From a virus, in IMG/VR virus record IMGVR_UViG_3300027659_000009, positions 102,353 to 166,352 of that record: a DNA stretch of 64,000 nucleotides. One strand, 5' to 3'. A model generated the notes under the pieces. That model did no database searches, had not been told where the DNA came from, and saw only the letters and a program-made list of their open reading frames with translations. Each line of letters starts with the position of its first letter. Within the stretch, counting starts at the first letter, position 1. The position numbers and the translations under genes were made by a program. Positions 8,553 to 17,920 of the stretch are shown here, one piece after another.

Positions 8553-8683
8553 TAGGGGGAGAGGGGTACTTTGTGTACATTAATATACAATACCTCTCCC
8601 CTAGAGGGGAGTCCCCCTCAGGTACCCCTACATCACCCCCCTTCCCTCTGGGGGTGTTTTGACACAAAGGGGGTAGGTGATGT
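8553..8683. other. GC-rich hairpin cluster (ncRNA or DNA structural element)
   Basis: GGGGAGAGG/CCTCTCCCC, GAGGGG/CCCCTC and ACATCACC/GGTGATGT stems downstream of TTGACA-N17-TATATTTG (8486-8516). Confidence 0.5.
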
Positions 8684-8899
8684 TGTCCACAAATTTTCCA
8701 GGAAATTTTAAGGTTTAGAAACAAAGTCTTTTTCCGTTCAGTTTATTTTAATTTATATGAGTGAACTTTGGGTTCATCTATAGTGTCTATAATAAACAAT
8801 TATATCCCCCACAAACAACACCCCTTTCTGGTGAGATAAGGGTACCCTTCAAAATTTTCCAGGAATTTTTTCGTTTCCAAATATTTCAATATTTATAAT

Positions 8900-9514
8900 A
8901 TGTATATGGAAGAAAATAGGAAAAGATTTTTAGATAAGATTTTAAAGTGGTTTGTTAACGATACTGAGGTTCATCCGTATGTTAGAACGTGGTTTCCAAA
9001 GTTCTTAGAAGAAATGGAGAATTATTCTGTCACACTACGTCCCTTAGATATTAGTCTTCTATCCCTTTTTCCAATTACTCGTTTTTACGATTATTGTAGG
9101 ATAACATATGATTTAAGTGTAGAGGAAATAGAATCTTTATGGAATGAGTATGTGATTATTATTATAGATAAATTTGATAATGAGAAACCTCTCAACGAAT
9201 CGGAGGATAAGTTAGACAGATATTTCAACTACGTTGTAGAAGATTTAATTAAGAGAACCAAACACTGGAGAAGATATCCAAGTAATCAGTTACGTGTAGG
9301 TATGGTTTTTCCAATGTATGTTGATGAGGTAGAATATTATTATACGGGAGATGAACTAAAGGGGTGGTTACAGTATGGATGGTTAGTCGGTACTGAAGAT
9401 ATCAAATACCTTACGAATCAATATGGGTTAACAGAAGATGAGTGTAGTAGTGTTATGGATATGTACGGAATAAAAATGGCAACTTTAGTATTATCAAAGT
9501 ATGGAGAAGAATAG
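8900..9514 (+). CDS. YGL-repeat family protein (2 copies)
   Basis: FLDKILKWFVNDT...YCRITYDL; LNE/S linker; second copy with QYGLTEDE. Confidence 0.8.
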   Translation: MYMEENRKRFLDKILKWFVNDTEVHPYVRTWFPKFLEEMENYSVTLRPLDISLLSLFPITRFYDYCRITYDLSVEEIESLWNEYVIIIIDKFDNEKPLNESEDKLDRYFNYVVEDLIKRTKHWRRYPSNQLRVGMVFPMYVDEVEYYYTGDELKGWLQYGWLVGTEDIKYLTNQYGLTEDECSSVMDMYGIKMATLVLSKYGEE

Positions 9515-11348
9515 AAAAAGATTTTTAGATAAGGTTGTAGAGTTTCTTATTAAGGACACTATTATAGACTATGGGGATAACCATATAGATTTTCCTTTTT
9601 TTCCTGAATATGGATTATATATTAATGACGCCAATTTAGATTATTTTTTCCATATGAGTAGATACACTCAATACTGTAAAGACAACTATGGTTTATCTCA
9701 TCATGAGTCACTTTATGTTTGGGGTATTTATATTAAAATAATTAAGGAAAAGATTAAAACCAACGGTGAATCACTCAATGAGTCTGATGATAGAAGAAAA
9801 AACTTTTTAGATAAGGTTGTAGATTTTTTAGTTAAGGATACTAAAGTAGATTATGAGGATAGACAATTATTTTTTCCTTTTACTCAAAAGAGGTCGACTA
9901 GACGAAATACTGATAATTCTACACCGTTCCATAAAATTATTTTTGATAAGGATAGTATTATTCCTTTAGGTGGTTTTATGGAATACATTGAGGAGATGTA
10001 TGGTATAACTGATATAAAAGATGTTTCATATGTATGGGGGAAATATAAGGATGTTATGAGATATACCGTATTTGGTAATGATCCTACCAATGAACCCATA
10101 TATGAATCCATAGAAGGTAAAGAAAGAATATTGTTGGATAGGATTTTGAAATACCTTATTGATGATACCATTGTGGATCATGATAAGGGTAAGGTAACAT
10201 TTCCTTTTTTCCTACAAGTACTACCATCTATGCCTAAACATTGTTTTAATGTTAATAGTACATCTAGTTTAAGTTTCTCTCAGTATTGTAAATATACATA
10301 TGGATTAAATGATGATGAGGTGATATACCTATATTCTAAATATAAGAAACTGTTTTCTGATAAGGTACATGAAAGAAATAGTATTAATGAATCTGATGAT
10401 AGGAAACAAAAATATTTAGATAAGATTCTTAAGTGGTTTGTTGATGATACTATAATTAATTATAAAACTGGTATCATATATTATCCATTTTCTTCCATAG
10501 GACCAACGGGTAATCGGTTACCTAGTTTCTTTGATAATATAAAAAATAAACTTTCGATGACTTACCCATCAGATATTCATATATACTGTAGGGATACTTA
10601 TGGGTTAACCCGTGATGAAACAAAATATATTTGGGATAAGTATAAAAAAATTATTAGGGATAGATACGATAAAGAATCGATGATGTATCATCGAGGTGAA
10701 CCCATAAATGAATCTGATGATAAGAAACAAGTTTATTTAGATAAGGTTGTTGATTGGTTGGTTGGTGATACTATAATTGACTTTGTCTGGGAGGGAGGAA
10801 CGGTAAGATTTCCTTACCTTCCCGTTAATTTTACATTATCTCAGTTATTGAATCACAAGAATACTTTTTTTGGTAAAACCCCTATATATGCATTCACTGA
10901 ATATTGTGATACCTACGGACTCACAAAAGATGAAATAGATTATGTATGGAAAATTTATGTAGATATAATTTGGGATAAATATAATAAAGAATCTGAGATA
11001 AATGATCTTAAACCCATAAATGAATCTGACGATAAGAAACAGGTTTATTTGGACAGGGTTGTTGATTGGTTGTTTAAGGATACCGAAGTTGGTAATAGTT
11101 GGTTTAACCCACCTTATTATTATCCTGGTAGTACCGCAGGTAGAACTGGATTTAGGTCGGTTTATGAACACACATTTGGTTTATTAAAAAATACTTCTTA
11201 CAGGCCTCCTCATAGTGGGTTGGATACTCAGTTAATTTATTTTAATGATTACTGTAAGAATAATTATGGACTTACAGGTGAGGAGACTAAAATTGTTTGG
11301 TACGACTATATGAAGAAATTAAAGGAGTCTTACGATTGGGGATTTTAA
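9501..11348 (+). CDS. YGL-repeat family putative polyprotein (6 tandem copies)
   Basis: Six ~100-aa units LD(K/R)(V/I)..(F/W/Y)...DT...P(F/Y)...Y....YG(L/I)...(V/I)W..Y joined by LNES, IYES, INES, INES, INES. Confidence 0.85.
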   Translation: MEKNRKRFLDKVVEFLIKDTIIDYGDNHIDFPFFPEYGLYINDANLDYFFHMSRYTQYCKDNYGLSHHESLYVWGIYIKIIKEKIKTNGESLNESDDRRKNFLDKVVDFLVKDTKVDYEDRQLFFPFTQKRSTRRNTDNSTPFHKIIFDKDSIIPLGGFMEYIEEMYGITDIKDVSYVWGKYKDVMRYTVFGNDPTNEPIYESIEGKERILLDRILKYLIDDTIVDHDKGKVTFPFFLQVLPSMPKHCFNVNSTSSLSFSQYCKYTYGLNDDEVIYLYSKYKKLFSDKVHERNSINESDDRKQKYLDKILKWFVDDTIINYKTGIIYYPFSSIGPTGNRLPSFFDNIKNKLSMTYPSDIHIYCRDTYGLTRDETKYIWDKYKKIIRDRYDKESMMYHRGEPINESDDKKQVYLDKVVDWLVGDTIIDFVWEGGTVRFPYLPVNFTLSQLLNHKNTFFGKTPIYAFTEYCDTYGLTKDEIDYVWKIYVDIIWDKYNKESEINDLKPINESDDKKQVYLDRVVDWLFKDTEVGNSWFNPPYYYPGSTAGRTGFRSVYEHTFGLLKNTSYRPPHSGLDTQLIYFNDYCKNNYGLTGEETKIVWYDYMKKLKESYDWGF

Positions 11349-11403
11349 TCGGTTGTACGACCGAACTGTCCCATCACCCCAGCCCCTCTTGATGGGGTTT
11401 TTT
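11346..11403 (+). repeat. post-gene repeat with terminator hairpin, second copy at 12818-12875
   Basis: TAATC.GTTGTACGACCGAACTGT.CCATCACCCCA.CCCCTCTTGATGGGGT in both copies; both follow YGL-family genes. Confidence 0.85.
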
Positions 11404-11438
11404 CATTTTTCGCAATATTTATAAATAAAAATATAATT

Positions 11439-11729
11439 ATGAAAAAAATTGTAAGATTAACTGAATCAGATTTACAAAGAATTGTAAAACGTGTGATTAA
11501 AGAAAACGAAGTAATGGGTAATTATGACGATTTTAACTATGATATAAATCCTTTTGATTGTGGTGATAAGGTTGTATCTGGTACGGTAGACATTGATGGT
11601 GATGGGACTATTATGATAAATTATTGTAGTGGTAATGAGGGGGATTTAGAATACCTTAAAGAAAAAGGGCGTGAATTAGTCAAAAAAATGAGATCTGATT
11701 TTAATAAAATCGGAGGAAACCTATACTAA
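11439..11729 (+). CDS. leader-bearing hypothetical
   Basis: MKKIVRLTESDLQRIVKRVIKE. Confidence 0.75.
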   Translation: MKKIVRLTESDLQRIVKRVIKENEVMGNYDDFNYDINPFDCGDKVVSGTVDIDGDGTIMINYCSGNEGDLEYLKEKGRELVKKMRSDFNKIGGNLY

Positions 11730-12214
11730 TGAAAATAATTGTAACAGAAAATCAGGTTAATCGTTTATTCATTAATGAGAATGAGGAATTACTAAATAAG
11801 ATTCTCGATAAGATTGGTGAATACGGTATGGAGTCGTTGACGGACAACGAAAGAAAATTCTTAGACGATATGTCTAAAGATAAGGTTGATCCACATATCG
11901 AAAATTTACTCAGTATGGACTCAGGTTATGAGTTTGATGGTGAAGTGGATGAAGTACCCGTAAAGTTCACCTATGAGTCCACAGAGGAGTGGGATGACAA
12001 TCCTAAAGAATATAAACACATAGGTACTTTTAATTTTATGAATGGTGATGACGAAATAGATTATTACGTTGAGATATATACTGACGCAGATTATAATTTT
12101 ATGCATTTCGATATACACGATGGTAATGACTACGTTAATTTAAATGAGAATCTGGAAGATGAGTTAACACATTTCTTTTTGGATGTGAGTAATAAGTTGG
12201 CACAGTCGATGTAA
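11729..12214 (+). CDS. leader-bearing acidic hypothetical
   Basis: MKIIVTENQVNRLFINE; then LNKILDKI...GMESLT..E..FL helical motif. Confidence 0.7.
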   Translation: MKIIVTENQVNRLFINENEELLNKILDKIGEYGMESLTDNERKFLDDMSKDKVDPHIENLLSMDSGYEFDGEVDEVPVKFTYESTEEWDDNPKEYKHIGTFNFMNGDDEIDYYVEIYTDADYNFMHFDIHDGNDYVNLNENLEDELTHFFLDVSNKLAQSM

Positions 12215-12220
12215 TTCTAT

Positions 12221-12820
12221 ATGGACGAAGGTAGATATATCTTATTAAATAAAATCGTTAATCGTTTGGTTATGGATAGTACCGTTACATATGATAAATA
12301 TGAAGGGGACAATGTGGTAATTACACCTTTTCGTGTTATGGTTGGTTATCTCACAAAAAGTTGGTTTGGTAATAATGCGGTAGGTAGTAGGATGCCATCT
12401 TTTAAATCTTATATAGAATATACCTATGGTATAAAAGATACCGAAGAAATTAATTTTATATACAGTTCTTATGAAAGTATAATCTCAGATAAATTATATG
12501 GTGATACGATAAATGAGAATATCTATCACGATATGTTTGGTGAGAAGGTTTCTAACTATATGGATAAGGTTCTTAAGTATTTGGTGGACGATACCATTGT
12601 TAAGGAAATGTCGGATGGTGAGGTTATGTTAATGGTACCATTTACAGATTCATCGTTTAGTAGAATTCGACATTTTAATGTAGGATTTTTTATTGACTAT
12701 TGTATGAACAATTATGGTTTAACTCGTAAGGAATCTGAATACTTATGGGGAGATTATCTGAATGAGATGAATGGTATTCTTAGATCCGAATATGGTGTCA
12801 GTAATCCTGAGTATAGATAA
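12221..12820 (+). CDS. YGL-repeat family protein (2 copies)
   Basis: Two units joined at TINE/N; YMDKVLKYLVDDT...VPF...YCMNNYGL..E...LW. Confidence 0.8.
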   Translation: MDEGRYILLNKIVNRLVMDSTVTYDKYEGDNVVITPFRVMVGYLTKSWFGNNAVGSRMPSFKSYIEYTYGIKDTEEINFIYSSYESIISDKLYGDTINENIYHDMFGEKVSNYMDKVLKYLVDDTIVKEMSDGEVMLMVPFTDSSFSRIRHFNVGFFIDYCMNNYGLTRKESEYLWGDYLNEMNGILRSEYGVSNPEYR

Positions 12821-12909
12821 TCTGTTGTACGACCGAACTGTTCCATCACCCCAACCCCTCTTGATGGGGTATTTTTGTTAAATCTATTATATTTATATAA
12901 AAACTAAAA

Positions 12910-13539
12910 ATGGGAAAAAATGATAAAAATTTTAATGAGACTATTGAAAGGATGAAATCTCTTTTTACGGAAGAGAGGATGTTTGGTAATTTAGTTGTGG
13001 AAGAAAAATCTTCTGAGGAAGATAAGGGTGAAGATGAGGGTAGTGAAGAGTCTACATCCACAAAACCTGAATGTTGTACAAGTTGTAACTGTTGGGAAGA
13101 TTGTGGTGGATCATCACATTTCAACGGAACCAACGGTAGACCTAAAATTGTTGTATCTAAGAGTAAAACTTATTTTTCGATATCATACGATGGTCCAAAA
13201 TCAGGTTACTTAATTAAACACGCTAAATGTGGTTCTGGTGATTCTTTACATCAGTTATGTAATGTTTTAACATATGAGATAAACAAATACCTTAAAGGTA
13301 AAAAATTAAAACCAAATATTAAAGATATTGAGTTTGAAAGGGAGGGTGGTGAGTTTACCATTGGAGTTCCTTTAACATCTTCTGAAAAAAGTTATAAGTT
13401 GGAAAGAAGAGGGGGAATGGGTCATGATCCTGGACCATCAACAGTTAAGGGAGTCTATGGTGATAGAAGTGGTTTTGAGGGACCAGTAAAACATTCTTCT
13501 GGTGGTATCACAGAATACTTTGTAACATTTTACGAATAA
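12910..13539 (+). CDS. leader-bearing hypothetical
   Basis: NFNETIERMKSLFTEE leader; acidic linker; Cys cluster. Confidence 0.65.
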   Translation: MGKNDKNFNETIERMKSLFTEERMFGNLVVEEKSSEEDKGEDEGSEESTSTKPECCTSCNCWEDCGGSSHFNGTNGRPKIVVSKSKTYFSISYDGPKSGYLIKHAKCGSGDSLHQLCNVLTYEINKYLKGKKLKPNIKDIEFEREGGEFTIGVPLTSSEKSYKLERRGGMGHDPGPSTVKGVYGDRSGFEGPVKHSSGGITEYFVTFYE

Positions 13540-13566
13540 AATTAAAAAAATTAATAAAAAAACACA

Positions 13567-13902
13567 ATGGATAAATTGACAAATAAAGACATTAAAAGGA
13601 TTGTTGAAAACTTAATGAAGGAAGGTATGGATAATGATGAGTCTGCCCACCTATATAGAAGAATACAAAGAAATGGGGAAGAGATAGACTCAATTATAAC
13701 GAAGTTTAGAGGTGCAAAAAATGAGTTAGACGATAAAATTAAAACACATATTAGAAGAGATACTGGTGGCACTATTTTTGATCCAAATCAAAGAACACCG
13801 AATGATGTTTTAGATAGTGTCGCAAATTTAAATAGAGTTTTAAATAATTTAGAAACTTTATTAAACGATTACAAAAATATAATAAGAAAATCAATCTACT
13901 AG
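13567..13902 (+). CDS. leader-bearing coiled-coil hypothetical
   Basis: MDKLTNKDIKRIVENLMKE. Confidence 0.65.
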   Translation: MDKLTNKDIKRIVENLMKEGMDNDESAHLYRRIQRNGEEIDSIITKFRGAKNELDDKIKTHIRRDTGGTIFDPNQRTPNDVLDSVANLNRVLNNLETLLNDYKNIIRKSIY

Positions 13903-13905
13903 AAA

Positions 13906-14451
13906 ATGAAAAAAAGAATTAACGAAAAAAATGAATTAATGAAAAAAAGATCTCTCATTGTTGAGGGTGAAAGAGAGGATTTTAAAATCCCTAAATTTTA
14001 TTTAACAGAAGAAGAAGAAGAATGGAAAAAAGATGTTAACATAGGTATAATTAAATTACTTACAAAATATAGGGCTGGGTTAGAAGGTATAATACAACAA
14101 CTTAGTAGTAATTTAGAAAATGTAGAAGAGTTCTGTAAAAATCCTAAGGTGGCTGGTGAAGAAGCGTCTAAAAAAATTAAAGATTTTTTAGAAAGATTGG
14201 CTGCAGATTCGAAATCTACACCTGCCGCAGTATTAGAAGACTTATATGGAAAATTTGATGGAGGTTTAGGTAAGGCAATTATTAATATTGCATCACCTAT
14301 AGTAAAAAAAATGGATGGTGCGGAAGTTTCTAAAGAAATTATTGACTCTATTGAAGAATTAATGAGGGGTGAATATGGTCAAGGTAAAATAAACTCATTG
14401 CTATCAGAAATATTTCAAAAATTAGGGGTAGAGGTTGTCCCAATATGTTAA
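13906..14451 (+). CDS. helical hypothetical with leader-like N-terminus
   Basis: MKKRINE...LIVE. Confidence 0.6.
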   Translation: MKKRINEKNELMKKRSLIVEGEREDFKIPKFYLTEEEEEWKKDVNIGIIKLLTKYRAGLEGIIQQLSSNLENVEEFCKNPKVAGEEASKKIKDFLERLAADSKSTPAAVLEDLYGKFDGGLGKAIINIASPIVKKMDGAEVSKEIIDSIEELMRGEYGQGKINSLLSEIFQKLGVEVVPIC

Positions 14452-14463
14452 TAATTTTGATAG

Positions 14464-15150
14464 GTGGACAAATCATTAATTGATAGAATATCTAAGGTAA
14501 TAAAAAAACCGTATGTCTCTGATTTATTGAGTTTGGCGGTGCCTCAGGAATATTGGGACACAATATTTAAAAAAATATATGGTGATGTTACTACTACAGA
14601 AATTGAGACTGACTACGCAGATGGGGTAGTTAAACCAGATGAATACTATTTCTTTACAATTAGAAAAATTTTCCCTAATGTCGGAAGTGTAATGTTATAT
14701 TATGAAGCATGGGATGGAGACTGGGTTGAGATGATACTTGATGACAGGGGATATAAAATAGGGTACGAAGACGCAAATGGTTTTGTAGATACAACAGAAA
14801 AAACGGATATAACTGAAAGTAGTGATAAAAAAATAGATGTATATTTAGATAAGGTTGTAGATTTCTTATTGAAAGACACTGAGTTTCGTTTAGAAATGAG
14901 AACATTCGGATTTACACCACATAGAGAAATTAACGTTTTCATTGAATTTCCACAAACGAATGGTTTGGAAGGTAAGTATGAAAAATATGAGGTCGAAAGT
15001 TGGGATTCTGCCGAAGTTAGGGAACACGAGTTTAAATACTTTTACGATACTTACGGTTTAGATTGGGATGAAGCCCAAATTGTGTTTAAAAACTATATAT
15101 TGAAATTAAGGGATGTTATTTTAGATGAAATGAAATTAGCGTATGGGTAA
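14464..15150 (+). CDS. chimeric protein: 7800-type domain plus YGL domain
   Basis: GTG start; SKVIKKPYVSDLLSLAVP; ITE/SSDKKIDVYLDKVVDFLLKDT...DTYGL. Confidence 0.75.
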   Translation: MDKSLIDRISKVIKKPYVSDLLSLAVPQEYWDTIFKKIYGDVTTTEIETDYADGVVKPDEYYFFTIRKIFPNVGSVMLYYEAWDGDWVEMILDDRGYKIGYEDANGFVDTTEKTDITESSDKKIDVYLDKVVDFLLKDTEFRLEMRTFGFTPHREINVFIEFPQTNGLEGKYEKYEVESWDSAEVREHEFKYFYDTYGLDWDEAQIVFKNYILKLRDVILDEMKLAYG

Positions 15151-15194
15151 AAATAAAAAAATAAAACTTTTTAAAGAAAGAATATATTTATATA

Positions 15195-15242
15195 TAAAAT
15201 AATAAAATAATAAAATAATAAAATAATAAAATAATAAAATAA
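15195..15242 (+). repeat. (TAAAATAA)n tandem repeat, about 6 units, in the 5' leader
   Basis: Lies between the late motif at ~15184 and the ATG at 15250. Confidence 0.85.
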
Positions 15243-15249
15243 AAAAAAA

Positions 15250-15837
15250 ATGAAAAAAATAATTAGACTAAATGAATCAGATTTACGAAGAATTGTAAAT
15301 AGAGTAGTTAGAGAAACTACCAATACTAAGAGAGGACGTAGATTATATGAAGGATTAGAGGGAGATGAGACTCTGACTCTTCACTATATTACTATCAATG
15401 AGGGGATGAGAGGTAAATGGGAAGTATCTGATAATACTTTATATGTAACTTTTGATGAAGCCGAAAGAAGTATTGATTCTATGGGTAACCCTGCCTCAAG
15501 TATAACAAACAATAACTATGGTAATACTGATATGATGTGGGAAGTCCTGTGTTCATCAGAAGATGTCAAAAGAACAAGATCGTGGGCGGACGATATTGAG
15601 GAATTATATCCAAATGGAAGGGGAGTGGATGAGTCTAGACGTATTAGAAATAAACGTAGACTATATGAAACATTAGATCAGGAACGATATTCGTTGGGGG
15701 ATGTTAGAGAAATATTTAATGGTTCGAAAGGTAATTATGAAGTTAAACACAATAGTTTATTACTTACTGAGAATAGTAATCGTAATAATGTGATACAGGT
15801 TTTTTGTGATGAAGTTGACCCTGGAAGTTATCGGTAA
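15250..15837 (+). CDS. leader-bearing protein with internal duplication
   Basis: MKKIIRLNESDLRRIVNRVVRE; two modules each preceded by RRLYE and containing G.(W/Y)EV..N.L. Confidence 0.75.
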   Translation: MKKIIRLNESDLRRIVNRVVRETTNTKRGRRLYEGLEGDETLTLHYITINEGMRGKWEVSDNTLYVTFDEAERSIDSMGNPASSITNNNYGNTDMMWEVLCSSEDVKRTRSWADDIEELYPNGRGVDESRRIRNKRRLYETLDQERYSLGDVREIFNGSKGNYEVKHNSLLLTENSNRNNVIQVFCDEVDPGSYR

Positions 15838-15890
15838 TGATTAATTTCTTCTAACATTACAAATTAATGTAAAAAAATAATAAAATTAAG

Positions 15891-16277
15891 ATGAAAAAGA
15901 TTATAAAATTAACAGAATCAGATTTACAAAGAATTGTAAATAGAGTAATTAGAGAAAGTATGATAAGTGAATTGGGTGGTATGGATGACGGACACCCGTT
16001 TTCTGGTAATTTGAACTTTAATGATTTATCATCTGATGACAGAAAAAAAGTTAATAAATATTACCGATTTGATGATGAGGAAGTAGATGATTCTTTTTCT
16101 GAATTAGATAATGATGAAGATGAAAATGAAGATGAGGGATTCCCTGAATGGGAAAAATTAAAAAAGTATATGGATGATCGAGATAAAAAACAAATTGATG
16201 ATCGAAATGAAAAAATGGACAATTTGATGCGTCAAATAAAAAAAGATAATAGTGAACGTCCATTTAATAGAGATTAA
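15891..16277 (+). CDS. leader-bearing acidic hypothetical
   Basis: MKKIIKLTESDLQRIVNRVIRE. Confidence 0.75.
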   Translation: MKKIIKLTESDLQRIVNRVIRESMISELGGMDDGHPFSGNLNFNDLSSDDRKKVNKYYRFDDEEVDDSFSELDNDEDENEDEGFPEWEKLKKYMDDRDKKQIDDRNEKMDNLMRQIKKDNSERPFNRD

Positions 16278-16281
16278 TAGT

Positions 16282-16545
16282 ATGAAAAATTTAATCAGAA
16301 GAATATTAAAAGAAGAAGTCGAAGAGACATCTGGGGAAAAACACCCTAACGCAAAAGAAATAAAAAAAGGGAATTTAACTGGTTGTTATACAGTTAATTC
16401 TGGTGATCAGGCATTGGCGATTGCAAAGGCATTTGGTATTACTTTGGATGATATTAAATCTCTTAATGGGTTAAGAAACGCCAACTCAATACAACCAGAA
16501 CAAAAGTTGAGGGTTAAAAATAGAGTAAAATTTGATGGTTGTTAA
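16282..16545 (+). CDS. leader-bearing LysM-domain protein
   Basis: Start moved to MKNLIRRILKEE; YTVNSGD....IAKAFGITLDDIKSLNGL....IQPEQKLRV. Confidence 0.85.
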   Translation: MKNLIRRILKEEVEETSGEKHPNAKEIKKGNLTGCYTVNSGDQALAIAKAFGITLDDIKSLNGLRNANSIQPEQKLRVKNRVKFDGC

Positions 16546-16596
16546 AAAAAATTTAAGATAAACGGATTAGGACCGTTGTTGTCTACGGACAATTTT

Positions 16597-16632
16597 AAAC
16601 CCACTAGGTTCGCTGCCATAGTGGGTTTTTTT
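16597..16632. terminator. terminator between convergent genes
   Basis: AAACCCACTA...TAGTGGGTTT stem plus T run. Confidence 0.7.
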
Positions 16633-16912
16633 ATCTTAGACGAATTCCCCTAACATCTTCAACCCGTATGTTTTTTAAATTTAAAGAACCGTAACTGTTG
16701 TTTTTAAATACCCCTTGATTGAATAGGTTTAACATAACATAGTAGAGGTATTCTGGTAGAAGTACATCAGTATCAGTCACCTTAATACCAATATGTTCTG
16801 AACTATAATCTTTCACAGGATAACCTACAGTATCTTCACTACCCTTTCTAACTAACCAAAAATCCGCCTCAGGAAAATTAGTTTTAATCTCACACAAATC
16901 ACTTAATTTCAT
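16631..16912 (-). CDS. small protein resembling a type I R-M specificity (HsdS) half-domain
   Basis: MKLSDLCEIKT..., LLPEYLYY.M..., GS..LKNI...D pattern. Confidence 0.5.
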   Translation of the reverse strand: MKLSDLCEIKTNFPEADFWLVRKGSEDTVGYPVKDYSSEHIGIKVTDTDVLLPEYLYYVMLNLFNQGVFKNNSYGSLNLKNIRVEDVRGIRLR

Positions 16913-16913
16913 A

Positions 16914-17069
16914 TTACCCAATTTTAATCCATTTATTATTAACAAAATCTTCTCTAAAGGTTACAGTTTGTAACCATTTCCAACCACCACTAATTTTAGT
17001 AGGGATTAGTAAAAATTTAGTAACCATTCTGTCGGTACCATTAAGATTTCTTAGAACAATTGTTTTCAT
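16914..17069 (-). CDS. small hypothetical (51 aa, absent from the ORF track)
   Basis: MKTIVLRNLNGTDRMVTKFLLIPTKISGGWKWLQ...; TAnnTTTG promoter at 17086-17117. Confidence 0.6.
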   Translation of the reverse strand: MKTIVLRNLNGTDRMVTKFLLIPTKISGGWKWLQTVTFREDFVNNKWIKIG

Positions 17070-17085
17070 ATCTCTTTGTTTTATA

Positions 17086-17117
17086 CAAATATATAAATAT
17101 TATTTAGAATACACAAA
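17086..17117 (-). promoter_or_regulatory. Bacteroidota-type promoter TTTG-N20-TATATTTG
   Basis: Matches the -33/-7 consensus. Confidence 0.7.
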
Positions 17118-17146
17118 TTTTATAAAAAAAATAATATTTATAATAT

Positions 17147-17443
17147 ATGAAAAACTTAATTAAGAGGATTTTAAAAGAGGAATACAATAAAAAGGAACAT
17201 GACATTTGTAACATGATGACTGTCGACACTTATGAGGAGGGTATAAAACTTTTAGAAAAATACTTAGGTACTATAAAAGAAAATCCTGTTGATTGGGGTA
17301 AAATAAAACAACCTTTAAAAATGTGGAAAGAGTCGATTATTGAGATTCGAAAGGAGATTGATAGGGACGGTATGTCTGGAGACTCTGAGGTTGACGAATC
17401 TGATACGTGGTGGGCAACTATACAAGGTTCTTTTTGTAAATAA
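17147..17443 (+). CDS. leader-bearing hypothetical
   Basis: MKNLIKRILKEE. Confidence 0.7.
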   Translation: MKNLIKRILKEEYNKKEHDICNMMTVDTYEEGIKLLEKYLGTIKENPVDWGKIKQPLKMWKESIIEIRKEIDRDGMSGDSEVDESDTWWATIQGSFCK

Positions 17444-17451
17444 TAAAAAAA

Positions 17452-17865
17452 ATGATTAATATCTCTAATCGTAATACGGTGTTATCTCACTATAATAATT
17501 CGTTAACGATTATTGATATTAACACCGATGAGGTTATGGCGTTTGTAGAATTGATTGAGGGTGAAGATTCGTTTTTTTTAAATATGATTACCACAGAAGA
17601 GGGTTACGATACGTCAATATTAGAGGCAGTACTAATGTTCACACACCCAAAAGGGGTTATAGTTAGTAGTGAAGGTGATTTAGGTATATGGGAAAAAATT
17701 AACCATAAAGATGGTATTATAAAAGAAAAATTAGGTTACGAAACCAAAGTAATGATGGTACCTACGGATCAATACGAAAAATTAATTAATCTTACACTTT
17801 TGTTAAATCATGAAGAAATATATAAACAGGGTAAAGATTATTTTAATTTAAAAAATAATAATTGA
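17452..17865 (+). CDS. hypothetical (possibly degenerate GNAT-like fold)
   Basis: 137-aa ORF; only a weak pattern. Confidence 0.5.
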   Translation: MINISNRNTVLSHYNNSLTIIDINTDEVMAFVELIEGEDSFFLNMITTEEGYDTSILEAVLMFTHPKGVIVSSEGDLGIWEKINHKDGIIKEKLGYETKVMMVPTDQYEKLINLTLLLNHEEIYKQGKDYFNLKNNN

Positions 17866-17920
17866 ACTTATATACTACTTTTTTAAGAATAAACACATAT
17901 TTATATAACATAAAAATACT

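Noticed and set aside
8428-8724. 98-aa minus-strand ORF
   Set aside because: Non-ATG start, atypical composition, and it overlaps the hairpin cluster; likely a by-product of local high GC.
9501-11348. Diversity-generating retroelement target
   Set aside because: No reverse transcriptase or TR/VR pair in the window; variation involves indels and is not adenine-restricted.
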